A stretch of DNA of 64,000 nucleotides from Acidobacteriota bacterium (GCA_020349885.1 CP070701.1:907880-971879); one strand, 5' to 3'. Positions 8,541-21,589 are shown, numbered from the stretch's first letter. The notes: generated by a model not told the origin, from the letters alone. A program made the numbers and translations.

Positions 8541-9851
8541 GTGAGTCGCTTCCACGCGGACGTTCTGGTGCTGGGCGGAGGCCTGACGGGTCTCGCCACG
8601 GCCTACTTTCTTCGGGGCCGCAGGGAGTGCGTCGTCTGCGAACGTGAGTCCGCGCCCGGCGGGCTCGCCCGCTCCGTCCGGTGCGGGAAGTTCACGTTCG
8701 ATCTGACGGGCCACCTTCTTCACATGCGGCGCCCGGAGAACCGCGCGCTGGTCAAACGCCTTCTGCGCGGCAACTGGGTCCATGTGGAGCGGCGCTCGAG
8801 CGTCTTCTCGCACGGCGCGCTCACGCCGTACCCGTTTCAGGCCAACCTGCACGGGCTTCCGCCCGAGGTCGTGCGGGAGTGCCTTCTCTCGTTCGTCGGG
8901 GCCCGGCAGGCGAAGCGAAGCCCCGAGGCACCCAAGAAGAAATCGTTCAAGGCATGGGCGAGGGAAACCTTCGGCGATGGCATCGCGCGGCACTTCATGA
9001 TTCCCTACAACGAAAAGCTCTGGCGCACGGACCTCGACGCGCTCACGGCCGACTGGGTTTCGTGGAGCGTTCCGCGGCCGTCGCTCGAGGACGTGGTGCG
9101 CGGGGCGCTCGGGATCGGTAAAAAGCAGTTCGGCTACAACCCGACGTTTCTCTACCCCCGGGAGGGCGGCGTCGGCGCCTTCAGCACGGCGCTGGCCCGC
9201 CGGGTCGACGGGCTGCGCCTGGGCGCCTGCGTGCGCGCGATCGACCTTCGACGGAGGAAGGTGCGGTTTGCAAACGGTGATACAGCCACGTATAATTGCT
9301 TGGTGAGCACCATGCCCCTGCCGCGGCTCGTGGGCAGGGCGTGCGGCGTGCCCCAGGCGCTTCAGCGGCTCGGGGGAAAATTGCGGTTCGTCAACGTGCT
9401 CAACTTTAATCTCGGGTTGCGCGGAAAGAAGCGCTGCGAGAGCCATTGGGTGTATTTTCCTGAAAAGGAATTCGTGTTTTATCGGGTAGGCTTTCCCTCG
9501 AACTTCGCCCCCGCGCTCGCCCCCCGGGGACACTCGACCGCGTACGTCGAGGTGTCGTACCGTTCCGGCGAGCGCCCTCGCGTTCGGGACCTTTACCGGC
9601 GCGTGGTCGAAGGGCTAAAGCGGTGGGGCGCGGTGAAGCGGGAAGGCGACATCGCCATGGTGGACGCGCGGCGCATCGAGCCCGCGTACGTGCTCTTCGA
9701 CGGCGCGCGCCGGGAGGCGGTCGAGCGCCTGCGCGCTTTTTTCGACAAGCACGGCGTGGCCTCGCTCGGGCGCTACGGGCAGTGGGATTACCTGAGCATG
9801 GAGGACTCGCTGAACGCCGGGCGTGCGGCCGCGGAGCGCCTCGCGAAATAA
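8541..9851 (+). CDS. FAD-dependent oxidoreductase (amine-oxidase / protoporphyrinogen-oxidase-like fold)
   Basis: N-terminal dinucleotide-binding motif VLVLGGGLTGLATAYFL. 436 aa. Adjacent to a glycosyltransferase. Confidence 0.65.
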   Translation: MSRFHADVLVLGGGLTGLATAYFLRGRRECVVCERESAPGGLARSVRCGKFTFDLTGHLLHMRRPENRALVKRLLRGNWVHVERRSSVFSHGALTPYPFQANLHGLPPEVVRECLLSFVGARQAKRSPEAPKKKSFKAWARETFGDGIARHFMIPYNEKLWRTDLDALTADWVSWSVPRPSLEDVVRGALGIGKKQFGYNPTFLYPREGGVGAFSTALARRVDGLRLGACVRAIDLRRRKVRFANGDTATYNCLVSTMPLPRLVGRACGVPQALQRLGGKLRFVNVLNFNLGLRGKKRCESHWVYFPEKEFVFYRVGFPSNFAPALAPRGHSTAYVEVSYRSGERPRVRDLYRRVVEGLKRWGAVKREGDIAMVDARRIEPAYVLFDGARREAVERLRAFFDKHGVASLGRYGQWDYLSMEDSLNAGRAAAERLAK

Positions 9852-9857
9852 CAATTT

Positions 9858-11090
9858 ATGACGGAACCGGAAGTTTATTCCAAGCCTGACCAGGAAAGGA
9901 TTGAGATGTCGCTTCCCGAAACGATTCGGGTGGTGCACATCATCACGAAGCTCGAGTTCGGCGGCGCCCAGATGAACACGCTCTACACGGTCGAGCACCT
10001 GGATCGCGAGCATTTCGAGGTGACGCTCATCGCCGGCGTGGGCGGCTACATGGCGCCCCGCGCCAAAGCGCTTCAAAACACTCGCTGCTATTTCATGCCC
10101 GAGATGCGGCGCCCCATCTCCTTGCTGCGCGACTGGCGGGCGTTTTGGAAGATCCGACGCATCCTGAAAAAGCTCCGCCCACACATCGTCCACACGCACA
10201 GCTCCAAGGCGGGCATCGTCGGCCGCTGGGCCGCCTACGCCGCCGGCGTCCCGGTCATCATCCACACCATCCACGGCTTCGCCTTCAGCGAGTACCTCCC
10301 CGCCTGGCGGAACATGCTGTACGTCTTTTTGGAAAGAATCACGGCGTGGATCACGACCAAATTCATTGCGGTCTCGCGCGCGAACATCGACGAGGGGAAG
10401 AGCAAAGGAATCCTTGGCGAACACGACGCGGTCAACATCCGGAGCGGCGTGGACATCCAGCGCTTCGCGAACGCCAAGGTGGACCGCGAAAAGAAGCTCG
10501 CCGAGCTCGGCATCCAAAACGGCGCCAAGGTAGTGGCCATGGTGAGCTGCCTCAAGCCCCAAAAGGCGCCCCTCGACTTCTTGCGCGTCGCCCGCTACGT
10601 GCACCGCCAGATACCCGATGCGCGCTTCCTCTTCGTGGGCGACGGGGAGATGCGTCTAAGGTTTGAGGAAAGGATTCGGGAAATGAGGCTGGAAGACGTC
10701 GTGAAGCTCACGGGCTGGCGGGAGGACGTGCCGGAGATTATGAAATCCATTGACGTGCTGCTGCTCACCTCGCTCTGGGAGGGCCTGCCGCAGGTGTACC
10801 CGCAGGCCATGGCGGCGGGCGTGCCAGTCGTGGGCACGGACATCTCCGGCGCGGACGAGGTGGTGCACGACAACGTCACCGGCATCCTCGTGCCGCCCCG
10901 AAGGATTCCAAAAATCGGCGACGCCGTGGTGCTGCTCCTCCAGGACGACGCTCTGCGGCGCAGCATGGGCGAGGCCGGGCGCCGCTACTTGCGGGGGTTC
11001 GACCGGGAGACCATGGTGGCGGAACAGGAGGTGCTTTACTACCAGCTGGTCCTTAAGCACCTTCCTGAGCAATTCCAGCCCAAGTCATGA
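9858..11090 (+). CDS. Glycosyltransferase family 4 (GT-B)
   Basis: HTHSSKAGIVGRWAAYAAGVPVIIHTIHGF plus a C-terminal EGLPQVYPQAMAAGVPVVGTD GT1 motif. The alternative ATG at 9906 has the better RBS (aggaaagga). Confidence 0.8.
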   Translation: MTEPEVYSKPDQERIEMSLPETIRVVHIITKLEFGGAQMNTLYTVEHLDREHFEVTLIAGVGGYMAPRAKALQNTRCYFMPEMRRPISLLRDWRAFWKIRRILKKLRPHIVHTHSSKAGIVGRWAAYAAGVPVIIHTIHGFAFSEYLPAWRNMLYVFLERITAWITTKFIAVSRANIDEGKSKGILGEHDAVNIRSGVDIQRFANAKVDREKKLAELGIQNGAKVVAMVSCLKPQKAPLDFLRVARYVHRQIPDARFLFVGDGEMRLRFEERIREMRLEDVVKLTGWREDVPEIMKSIDVLLLTSLWEGLPQVYPQAMAAGVPVVGTDISGADEVVHDNVTGILVPPRRIPKIGDAVVLLLQDDALRRSMGEAGRRYLRGFDRETMVAEQEVLYYQLVLKHLPEQFQPKS

Positions 11091-11566
11091 AGCTTCCCCA
11101 CGCCGACGCCCGCGGGAAGGCCCGCATGGTGGACGTCGGCGGGAAACCCGCCGCGAAACGCAGGGCCGTGGCGCAGGCGACGCTGCGCGCCCCCGCGAAG
11201 GTGCTCCGGGCCGTTCGAGAAAACACCCTCGCCAAGGGTGACGCCCTGGCCGCCGCCAAACTCGCCGGCCTGATGGCCGCCAAGCGCACAGCGAGTCTGA
11301 TTCCCCTCTGCCACCCGATCGCGTTTTCCTTCGCCGACATCACGTTTCGCTTCAACCGCTCCCGCATCGTCATCGAGAGCGTCATCGAGGGCAAGGCCAG
11401 GACGGGATTCGAGATGGAGGCGCTCGTCGGGGCCGCGGTGGCGGCGCTCACGCTCTACGACATGGCCAAGGGGCTCGACAAGGGCATGGCCGTGGAGGAA
11501 ATCGCGCTGCTCGAAAAAATCGGCGGCAGGAGCGGAACGTACCGAAAACGGCGGCGGCGGAAGTAA
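11087..11566 (+). CDS. moaC: Cyclic pyranopterin monophosphate synthase
   Basis: MVDVGGKPAAKRRAVA...LTLYDMAKG is MoaC signature sequence. 159 aa. ATGA overlap with the upstream gene. Confidence 0.9.
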   Translation: MKLPHADARGKARMVDVGGKPAAKRRAVAQATLRAPAKVLRAVRENTLAKGDALAAAKLAGLMAAKRTASLIPLCHPIAFSFADITFRFNRSRIVIESVIEGKARTGFEMEALVGAAVAALTLYDMAKGLDKGMAVEEIALLEKIGGRSGTYRKRRRRK

Positions 11567-11580
11567 GGGCGTAAAGGGAC

Positions 11581-12894
11581 ATGCGACACCGCACCTTTTA
11601 CGTCCGCACGTTCGGCTGCCGCCTGAACCAGTTCGACTCGGCGCTCGTCGAGCATGATCTGCGCGAGCGCGGCTGGCGGCCCGCACGGACGTTTCGCGAC
11701 GCGGCGGTCGTCGTCGCGAACACGTGCACCGTCACCCGCCGCGCCGACTCGGACGCGCGCCGGTTCGCCCACCGCGTCAAGCGCGGCAACCCGACGGCGA
11801 TCCTGGTCCTCACGGGCTGCTACGCGACGCGCAACACGACGCTGCGCGAAAAAATTCCTCAAATCGACTTCCTCGTCTCGAACGCCGACAAGGCGCGCAT
11901 CGCCGAGATCGTCGAAAGGCACGCGCGGCAGGAACCGGTCGAGCACGTCTACGACGGCGACATCCTCAAGGCGCGCGAGCTGGACTACGCCCCGTTGGAG
12001 AGATTCTTCGACAAGTCGCGCGCGTTCCTGAAGGTGCAGGACGGCTGCGACGCGCGCTGCACGTTCTGCATCATCCCCGCGGTGCGCGGCGCGAGCCGGA
12101 GCCTCCCGCCCGGGCGCATCGAGGAGCAGGCGCGCCGCTTCGCCGAGGCCGGACACCCCGAGATCGTGCTGACGGGCATCCACCTCGGCCGCTACGGGCT
12201 CGACCTGAACGGCGAGGGCGTGAACCTCGCGCGGCTCGTCGAGCGGCTTCTGAAGATCGAAAGAATCCGGCGCCTGCGCCTGAGCTCCATCGAGCCGCTG
12301 GAGGTGACCGACGAGCTCGTCCGCCTGGCCGCGGGCGAGGAGCGCATCGCGCCGCATTTCCACGTGCCGCTCCAGAGCGGCTCGGACGCGGTGCTCCGCC
12401 GCATGGGGCGCCCCTACCAGGTCTCGCAGTACGCGCGCGTCCTCGAGCGCGTCGGAAAGAATCTGCCCGACGCCGGAATCGGCGCCGACGTCTTGGTGGG
12501 CTTCCCCGGCGAGACCTCAAAAGATTTCGACGCGACGCTCCGCTTCGTCGAGCGGAGCAACCTGACGTACCTGCACGTCTTCCGCTATTCGCCGCGTCCG
12601 GGGACGGCGGCGCTGCGCTTTCGGGAGAAAGTGCCCGGGCGCGCCGCCTCGGAGCGGGGCGCGCAGCTGAGGAACCTTTCGCGCCGCCTCAACCTGCGCT
12701 TCCGCCGCGCGCAGGAGGGAAAGATTCAGCGGGCCGCGCTCCTCGAAAGCCGGAGCGGCGCTCCCGCGGCTCTTACTGGAAACTACATCGAGGTTTCGCT
12801 CTCGGCTCCGCCGGACGGCGCGGGAAATTTCTTCCCGCTCCGCATCGAGCGCGCCACAGCCAAGGGAACTTGGGGCAGGGTAGCGGCACCGTAG
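11581..12894 (+). CDS. mtaB: Radical-SAM methylthiotransferase (MtaB-like, MiaB/RimO family)
   Basis: N-terminal MTTase domain (TFGCRLNQFDS), CDARCTFCIIP radical-SAM cluster motif, C-terminal TRAM-like tail. Confidence 0.65.
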   Translation: MRHRTFYVRTFGCRLNQFDSALVEHDLRERGWRPARTFRDAAVVVANTCTVTRRADSDARRFAHRVKRGNPTAILVLTGCYATRNTTLREKIPQIDFLVSNADKARIAEIVERHARQEPVEHVYDGDILKARELDYAPLERFFDKSRAFLKVQDGCDARCTFCIIPAVRGASRSLPPGRIEEQARRFAEAGHPEIVLTGIHLGRYGLDLNGEGVNLARLVERLLKIERIRRLRLSSIEPLEVTDELVRLAAGEERIAPHFHVPLQSGSDAVLRRMGRPYQVSQYARVLERVGKNLPDAGIGADVLVGFPGETSKDFDATLRFVERSNLTYLHVFRYSPRPGTAALRFREKVPGRAASERGAQLRNLSRRLNLRFRRAQEGKIQRAALLESRSGAPAALTGNYIEVSLSAPPDGAGNFFPLRIERATAKGTWGRVAAP

Positions 12895-12917
12895 TTTAGA
12901 GGAAGGCGTCTTTCGGC

Positions 12918-14594
12918 ATGACTTCCCTCCTTCTCCTGCGCTTTGCGATTTTCCGGAACGCGGTGTGGCCGTTGCGGTGGACGACGGCGCTGAAGGCGGG
13001 CGCCATCGGGTTCTTCGGCCTCGCCTTCATGGCGGCGCTCTACCTGGCCTCCGTGCGCGTTTTTGAATATCTCCTCTCGTTTCCCGATTTCTCGCCGTTC
13101 TTCGTCCTCGGGTTCGCCGAGCGCCTGCTCGCCATGGTCTACCTCTTCGTCTTCTCGATGCTTCTCTTCAGCAACCTCACCGCCTCGCTCTCGTCGCAGT
13201 ACCTGGCGAACGACCTCGTGCTCCTTCACGCCCTTCCGCTCGGGCGGGTAAAAATTTTCCAGGAAAAATTCTGGGAGACGGCTCTGAGCGCGTCCTACGT
13301 CGCGGTGGTGTTCCCCCTGCCCATCCTGCTCGCGCTGGGCAAGGTGTTTCACGGCGGGCCGGAGTATTACCTGGCGCTTCCGCTCGTTCTGCTCCTGTTC
13401 GCCGTCGCGCCCTCCGCCCTGGGCGCGCTCGGGACGCTCTTCCTCATGCGCGTGCTCCCGGCGGAGAAGACCTCGCGCCTGCTGGGAGTGCTGGGGCTCG
13501 CGGCGGGCATCGCGGTGGCGCTTGCGATCCGCTTCATGCGCCCGGAGGAAATTTTCGCGACCGAGGACACGGACGAGATTCGGGAGCTACTGCAGCGCGT
13601 GGCGCTTCCCGCGGTGCCCTACCTGCCCTCGACGTGGGCGGCGCGCGCGAGCATGTCCTTTCTCGAAGGCACGGCGGGGGAGAGCCTCCTGCCCCTCTTG
13701 TGGCTCGCGGCGCTCGCGGCGGCGGCGTGGGGTGTCCTGACGCTCGTCGCGTCGCGCCTCTACTTCCGCGCGTGGGAGACGGCGAACCTCACGGAGCACA
13801 TCACGCACCGCGTCAAGCGCACGCCGGGCGCGCGGACGCTCCGGCGCATGCTGAAGGGCTTTCACCCCCACACGGCGGCGCTTCTGTGGAAGGACTCGGT
13901 CTCGTTTTTCCGCGACTCGGCGCAGTGGTCACAGCTCGCGCTCCTTGCGGCGCTCGTGGTGATCTACCTCTACAACCTGGCCAACCTTCCGTTTCCCAAT
14001 CCCATACTCCGGGACGCGCTCTCGTTTGCCAACGTCGGCATGGCGGGCTTCGTCCTCGCCGCCGTGGCGGCGCGCTTCGTCTACCCGGCGGTAAGCATAG
14101 AAGGCCGCGCCGTGTGGCTCCTCTACGCGGCGCCACTGCGGCTGGGGCGCGTCTTGTGGAACAAATGCCTCACCGCCTTCGTGCCGCTTTTCGGCCTCTC
14201 GCTCGTCATCGTGACGCTTTCCAATTGGATTCTCGAAGTGGACCGTTACATGGCGGTGCTCTCCGTCGGCATGCTCTTTTTCATCACGCTCGCGCTCACG
14301 GGCCTCGGCATCGGCATGGGCGCCGCGGCGCCGCAGTTCGACGCCGAGAGCGCCGCGCGCGTCGCCGTATCCGGCGGTGCGCTCCTCTACATCACGGCGA
14401 GCCTCGCGTACGTGGCGCTCTCGATGGCGCTCGCGGCGCGCCCCGTGTACTTCCACTTCATCCGCTCCTCCTACGGGTGGGAATACAGCGCCGCCGCGTG
14501 GGCGCACTACGCGCTCTTCATCGTCCTGAGCCTCGGCCTTTTCGTCGCGCCGCTTCTCTGGGGCGCGCGGCGGCTCGCGGAGCACGAAGCGTAG
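12918..14594 (+). CDS. Polytopic integral membrane protein, function unknown
   Basis: 558 aa with at least 12 hydrophobic segments. No recognisable catalytic motif. Confidence 0.55.
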   Translation: MTSLLLLRFAIFRNAVWPLRWTTALKAGAIGFFGLAFMAALYLASVRVFEYLLSFPDFSPFFVLGFAERLLAMVYLFVFSMLLFSNLTASLSSQYLANDLVLLHALPLGRVKIFQEKFWETALSASYVAVVFPLPILLALGKVFHGGPEYYLALPLVLLLFAVAPSALGALGTLFLMRVLPAEKTSRLLGVLGLAAGIAVALAIRFMRPEEIFATEDTDEIRELLQRVALPAVPYLPSTWAARASMSFLEGTAGESLLPLLWLAALAAAAWGVLTLVASRLYFRAWETANLTEHITHRVKRTPGARTLRRMLKGFHPHTAALLWKDSVSFFRDSAQWSQLALLAALVVIYLYNLANLPFPNPILRDALSFANVGMAGFVLAAVAARFVYPAVSIEGRAVWLLYAAPLRLGRVLWNKCLTAFVPLFGLSLVIVTLSNWILEVDRYMAVLSVGMLFFITLALTGLGIGMGAAAPQFDAESAARVAVSGGALLYITASLAYVALSMALAARPVYFHFIRSSYGWEYSAAAWAHYALFIVLSLGLFVAPLLWGARRLAEHEA

Positions 14595-14696
14595 GGCGCG
14601 GGGCGGGAGCTGCCGGAAACCGCGGACTTTCCGAGTCTGGTATCCCCGCGGCGAATGTGCTATGCTTGCGTTTCACGCAAAAACAGGAGGTTTTGC

Positions 14697-15023
14697 ATGC
14701 CCGAGCATACGGTAAAATTTACCGACGATAATTTCGAGGAGAAAGTCCTCAAGGCCGACAAGCCCGTCCTGGTGGATTTTTGGGCCACATGGTGCGGCCC
14801 GTGCAAGATGGTCGCCCCGACCATCGAAGCGCTCGCCGAGGAATACCAGGGAAAGATCAAAGTCGGGAAGCTGAGCACCGAGGAGAACCAGAAAGTTCCT
14901 GCGGATTTGGGCGTCCAGGCCATCCCGACCGTGATTCTTTTTAAAGACGGCAAGGAGGTGGACCGCGTCATGGGCGCCGCGCCGAAAGAGGCGTTCGTCG
15001 AGCTGATCAAGAAGGGGCTGTAG
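14697..15023 (+). CDS. trxA: Thioredoxin
   Basis: WATWCGPCK active site, 108 aa. AGGAGG RBS 10 nt upstream of the ATG at 14697. Confidence 0.9.
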   Translation: MPEHTVKFTDDNFEEKVLKADKPVLVDFWATWCGPCKMVAPTIEALAEEYQGKIKVGKLSTEENQKVPADLGVQAIPTVILFKDGKEVDRVMGAAPKEAFVELIKKGL

Positions 15024-15765
15024 GGTTTTCTTCCGGCGGCTCTTCCTTTGCCCCGGAAGGCTCGTCCGAGTCGGGGGAAGGGGTTTTCATGGGCTGCTCG
15101 GGGACGGAAACGGAGAGCGGCTCCCGCTTAAAAACGTATTCCAGGAAGCCGTAGTAGCGCGGACCGAGGGGTCCCACATATAGGTAGCGTGCGATGGCGT
15201 CGAGGGTTACCAAGAAACCTCCCGAAAGTTGCCATAATAGCGGAAACAGGAAAGCGGGATGGCCGCTCAGAATCCAAATCGTTGCAAGCACCATTACTGT
15301 AAAGCCGACCCCGCCTTCCAAATAGCAAGAGTAAAGCGTCAGAACACGCGCGGGCACTTCCAGCTCCTTTTCCCATCTTCGTTTCGTCCGCTCCTGCGCA
15401 AATCCCAAAAGGGGCGCCAGCAAAAGCATCCCCTGCCCAATGCGTCTGCGTTCACGAGCGCGCTCATGGGTCTCGCCCAGCGCGCAGATGTAGTCTTCGT
15501 CGTAGTGCACCGTGGCACCTGCCAGGTCGGAGGTGTCCTTCGGCCAGGGCGCAAGCACATAGACCAGATCACAGGCGCCGCCACCGTCCCGGATCTGCGC
15601 GATATAGAACGCCTCGCCGCGGACGACGACGCGCGTCTTTCGGAATTTCCGCAGCCGCCACGTCTCGTCTTTGGGTTCCTTCGAGAACACGAGGAGCGTG
15701 CCGTCCTCCTGCGGGACGACGTGGTCACGGCCTACGGTGAATGGCCCGCTTTCCGTTTTCCTCAT
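15007..15765 (-). CDS. Hypothetical membrane protein downstream of the site-2 protease
   Basis: This is the only non-R/A-rich part of the 555-aa track ORF. 252 aa from ATG 15765, which overlaps the M50 stop by ATGA. Soluble N-terminal region plus 2-3 C-terminal TM segments and an acidic/Pro tail. Confidence 0.5.
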   Translation of the reverse strand: MRKTESGPFTVGRDHVVPQEDGTLLVFSKEPKDETWRLRKFRKTRVVVRGEAFYIAQIRDGGGACDLVYVLAPWPKDTSDLAGATVHYDEDYICALGETHERARERRRIGQGMLLLAPLLGFAQERTKRRWEKELEVPARVLTLYSCYLEGGVGFTVMVLATIWILSGHPAFLFPLLWQLSGGFLVTLDAIARYLYVGPLGPRYYGFLEYVFKREPLSVSVPEQPMKTPSPDSDEPSGAKEEPPEENPTAPS

Positions 15766-16796
15766 TCCACAAACCACACGGGCACGGGTATGAACGTCAG
15801 AACCAGCATGGCAAGGCCGAAGCACGCAACCAGGAGGCGCCGCCCGTCGAGCGGCTCCTCGGAATACTGGACGCGCGGATGGCGGAATCCCATCAGGGCG
15901 AAGATGACGCACCACAGGAGCCACCCCGGCCACCAAAGGGAGAGCACGAGCGCCACGACGAACACCGCCCGCCCCACCCAACGGTAGGCGTTTCCCATGC
16001 ATGCGTAGAGCATGTGGCCGCCGTCGAGCTGCCCCACGGGCAGCAGGTTGAAGGCCGTTGCGAGAAACCCGAACCATCCGGCGAAGGCCATGGGGTGAAT
16101 GAAAAGCACGGAGTCTGCGGGAAGCGGGCCAAACAGGACCGACCGCATCCACGCCATCACGAGCGGCTCCCCGAACACCATGATGCTCCCCGTGTCGGCG
16201 GTGCGGATGACCGTGCTCTGCGCCAGCCCGAGGAAAGCAATCGGCACGGCGACCACGAAGCCCGCGATGGGCCCCGCGACGCCGATGTCGAAAAGAATCT
16301 TCCGCGTGGGGATCGGCGAGCGGATGCGGATGAAAGCGCCCATGGTGCCCACGATGCTCGGGAAGGGAAGAAAGTAAGGAAGCGTCGCGTCCACGCCGTA
16401 GCGGCGGCAGGTGAGGTAATGCCCCAGCTCGTGGCAGCCGAGGATAAGAAGAATCGAAAACGAGAAAAGCACGCCGTTGAGCCACACAATGGGACTCAGC
16501 AGGCCGCGCAGAAGGTAAGGAGATATGGCGATAAAGTAGGAAAGCAAGGCGACCGGGAGCGTTTCCGGCTTGAACGTCTCGGCCATTTCCTCCTGAAACA
16601 GGAAACGAAAGGCGTTGTACCAGCCGGCAGCGAGCGTGGTGAATCCCGTCAGGACGAACAAAAGGACGTTCCAAAAAACCATGGGCCTCGGCGGGGGCTG
16701 CGGCGGCGTCTCGTGCGGAGGAGAAAACACCTCCGGCGCCGCGCCCGTGTGATGCGGCGCCGAATAGGTATACGGCTCAAGCGGTGGATAAGTCAT
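15762..16796 (-). CDS. Site-2 protease family zinc metalloprotease (peptidase M50)
   Basis: HELGHYL HExxH motif inside a TM segment. Polytopic. 344 aa. Confidence 0.8.
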   Translation of the reverse strand: MTYPPLEPYTYSAPHHTGAAPEVFSPPHETPPQPPPRPMVFWNVLLFVLTGFTTLAAGWYNAFRFLFQEEMAETFKPETLPVALLSYFIAISPYLLRGLLSPIVWLNGVLFSFSILLILGCHELGHYLTCRRYGVDATLPYFLPFPSIVGTMGAFIRIRSPIPTRKILFDIGVAGPIAGFVVAVPIAFLGLAQSTVIRTADTGSIMVFGEPLVMAWMRSVLFGPLPADSVLFIHPMAFAGWFGFLATAFNLLPVGQLDGGHMLYACMGNAYRWVGRAVFVVALVLSLWWPGWLLWCVIFALMGFRHPRVQYSEEPLDGRRLLVACFGLAMLVLTFIPVPVWFVE

Positions 16797-16966
16797 TTCG
16801 GAAAAACTTCGCCGTCATGGTGTTGTGGGGCAACCCGGTAGGGGCGCGGTGTCTGCCGACTTGTGTCGAGCATCCTCGGCTAGTCGGGACGCGCCCTATT
16901 TGGGCTGGGAAAGCCCCGCCCCCTCAAAATTGAACCGGGGCAATCTCATTCCGCGGATATCTCCCG

Positions 16967-18109
16967 TCAAGGCTCCCAGAGGAGCACCAGCCCCGCCGCG
17001 ACGAAGCGCAGCACGGGGTCCTTGTGCGGAAGCAGGGGATGGCGCGAGGCAATCTCGGGCGGCTTCGCGCACGCCCAGCCGAGCACTCTTGAAACGGGCG
17101 TTTGGAATGGAAGCACTTCGAGGTTCTGCACCGCCGGCCGGGCGCGGGACGCCACGGCGATGACGCCCTCTCCGCTGACGACGAGAAACGAGCGCTCCCC
17201 GAACGAGCGCTCGGCGCCCTCGAGGCCGCCGCTCATTCCCCAAAGCGCGTCCTGCAGGACGTGGAACGCGTCGAAGCCTCCGGCCAGAAGGTACCCGGAG
17301 CGCTCCGGCGGAGCGGTGAAGAGAATTTGTCCGCTCCCTTCCAGACGGATAAGGCGCGCAGAAAACGCCGCATGCGACGCCCGAAGCCACCCGGCCACCC
17401 CGGCGGCGTTTCCCGCCGAAGCGTAGAAATGCTTTTCGACCGACACGCGAAGCGCGCGCCCCCGGTCGAAAAGGGCGAAGCCTCGCGGGTGCGAGGCGCT
17501 CTCGGCATCAAACACGCGAATTTGCAACTTTACGGTCGGGGGTCGCGACTCGCGCTGGGCCGCGGGGGGCGGCTGCTCGACGCCGAGAATGTCCTCCTCC
17601 CGGGGCACACGCACCTTGAGCGTGTCCGCGCCGCTCGGGCCGGGGGCCTCGGCGCGCTCGGCGAACGCCCTGCGAATGCGGTTCGCCTGCTTGTCCGCGC
17701 CGCTCTTTTCGTAGCACTCGAGTGCGCGCCCCAGCTCCCCCCGCCGCTCGTAGACCAGGCCCAGGTACATGCTCGCCTTGGTGTGGCGCGGCTCGAGTGT
17801 GAGCGCTTTCGTGAGGTGGGCCTCGGCCTCGTTCAGGCGGTTCATCTTGATGTAGACGAGCCCCAGGTTGAGATGAAGCGTATGCACCTGCGGGTTGTTT
17901 TGCACGAGCGCGCGGTAGATTTCCTCGGCCTCCCGATAGTGGTCGAGGCGGAAGTGCATAAGGCCTAGGAGGTTCAACGCCTTCTCGCTGTGGGGACGAA
18001 GGCGCAGCGCCTGCTCGAGCGGCTCCAGGGCTTCCGCGTGGCGGCGGGCCCGGGCATGGCGCTGCCCGGCTTCAAAAAGCGCGTCGAAATTTTCGGAAGG
18101 CTCCGGCAT
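16967..18109 (-). CDS. TPR repeat protein with uncharacterised C-terminal domain
   Basis: Start placed at ATG 18109 (MPEPSENF); upstream residues are R-rich artefact. Three or four TPRs, then a ~200-aa domain with no motif I recognise. Confidence 0.55.
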   Translation of the reverse strand: MPEPSENFDALFEAGQRHARARRHAEALEPLEQALRLRPHSEKALNLLGLMHFRLDHYREAEEIYRALVQNNPQVHTLHLNLGLVYIKMNRLNEAEAHLTKALTLEPRHTKASMYLGLVYERRGELGRALECYEKSGADKQANRIRRAFAERAEAPGPSGADTLKVRVPREEDILGVEQPPPAAQRESRPPTVKLQIRVFDAESASHPRGFALFDRGRALRVSVEKHFYASAGNAAGVAGWLRASHAAFSARLIRLEGSGQILFTAPPERSGYLLAGGFDAFHVLQDALWGMSGGLEGAERSFGERSFLVVSGEGVIAVASRARPAVQNLEVLPFQTPVSRVLGWACAKPPEIASRHPLLPHKDPVLRFVAAGLVLLWEP

Positions 18110-18134
18110 GGAAACCCTGTCGCACCAAAGCGGC

Positions 18135-18821
18135 CTAAAAGTTGGTGCGCCGCGTGAAGACCACCGGCGAAACGTTCCGCGCGCCCGCGGGGACGGCGTT
18201 GGAGATGCACGTGCGCCCCGTCTCGTCCTCGTAGCGGTAGAAGCGGCTGTCGGGCGGCCTTGCCGCCTTGTAGTAGAGCGCGAGCACTTTCTTGACGAAA
18301 TTCCGCGTCTCCGGATACGGCGGAACGCCTCCGTAGCGCTCGACGGCGTCCTCGCCGGCGTTGTACGCGGCGAGCGCAAGCTCCAGGTTGCCCTCGTAGC
18401 GGTCGAGGAGGGCGCGCAGATGGCGTGTGCCGGCCGCAAGGTTCTCGATGGGGTCAAAGCGGTTCTCGACGCCGTATTGCTTCGCGGTCTGCGGCATGAG
18501 CTGCATCAGTCCCGCCGCCCCCTTGCGCGAGACGGCGCGGGGGTTGAAGTTCGACTCGACGGCGACGACCGCCTCCACGAGGCGGGGATCAAGCTTGCGC
18601 GAGTGCGAAAAATTCTGCACCTGGTGGCGATAGCGGATGCGCCTTTCCCCGTCGATCCAGTGGCCCGAGAGGAAGGAGCGCGAGAGCCCCTCCGTGAGGC
18701 GGGCGAGTCGGATTTCGTCCTGGGCGGAGGCGCCCCACCCCGCGAGCAGGAGGAACGCCGCGAAAACAAGCGTCAAACGCTTGCCCCGTGTGCAGCGTCG
18801 GGGTCGGTGGAAATTTCCCAT
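18135..18821 (-). CDS. Lytic murein transglycosylase (Slt domain)
   Basis: Signal peptide plus the AVVAVESNFNPRAVSRKGAAGLMQLMPQTA catalytic-Glu motif. Confidence 0.8.
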   Translation of the reverse strand: MGNFHRPRRCTRGKRLTLVFAAFLLLAGWGASAQDEIRLARLTEGLSRSFLSGHWIDGERRIRYRHQVQNFSHSRKLDPRLVEAVVAVESNFNPRAVSRKGAAGLMQLMPQTAKQYGVENRFDPIENLAAGTRHLRALLDRYEGNLELALAAYNAGEDAVERYGGVPPYPETRNFVKKVLALYYKAARPPDSRFYRYEDETGRTCISNAVPAGARNVSPVVFTRRTNF

Positions 18822-18822
18822 A

Positions 18823-21480
<2,658 letters not shown>

Positions 21481-21589
21481 ATTTGTCGGCCCGGACGGCT
21501 TAAATTCTTATTTTACACCAGCCGGGGATAAGGGGGAAGGTGCGGGCTTCCCTCCTGATCCCAACATAGAAACAGCACGCTGACCTCGG

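Noticed and set aside
15007-16674. 555-aa ORF on the minus strand spanning the M50 protease region
   Set aside because: Most of it is an out-of-frame, Arg/Ala/Gly-rich read-through of the real M50 gene (15762-16796). Only the C-terminal 252 aa (15007-15765) have protein-like composition, and these were kept as a separate gene.
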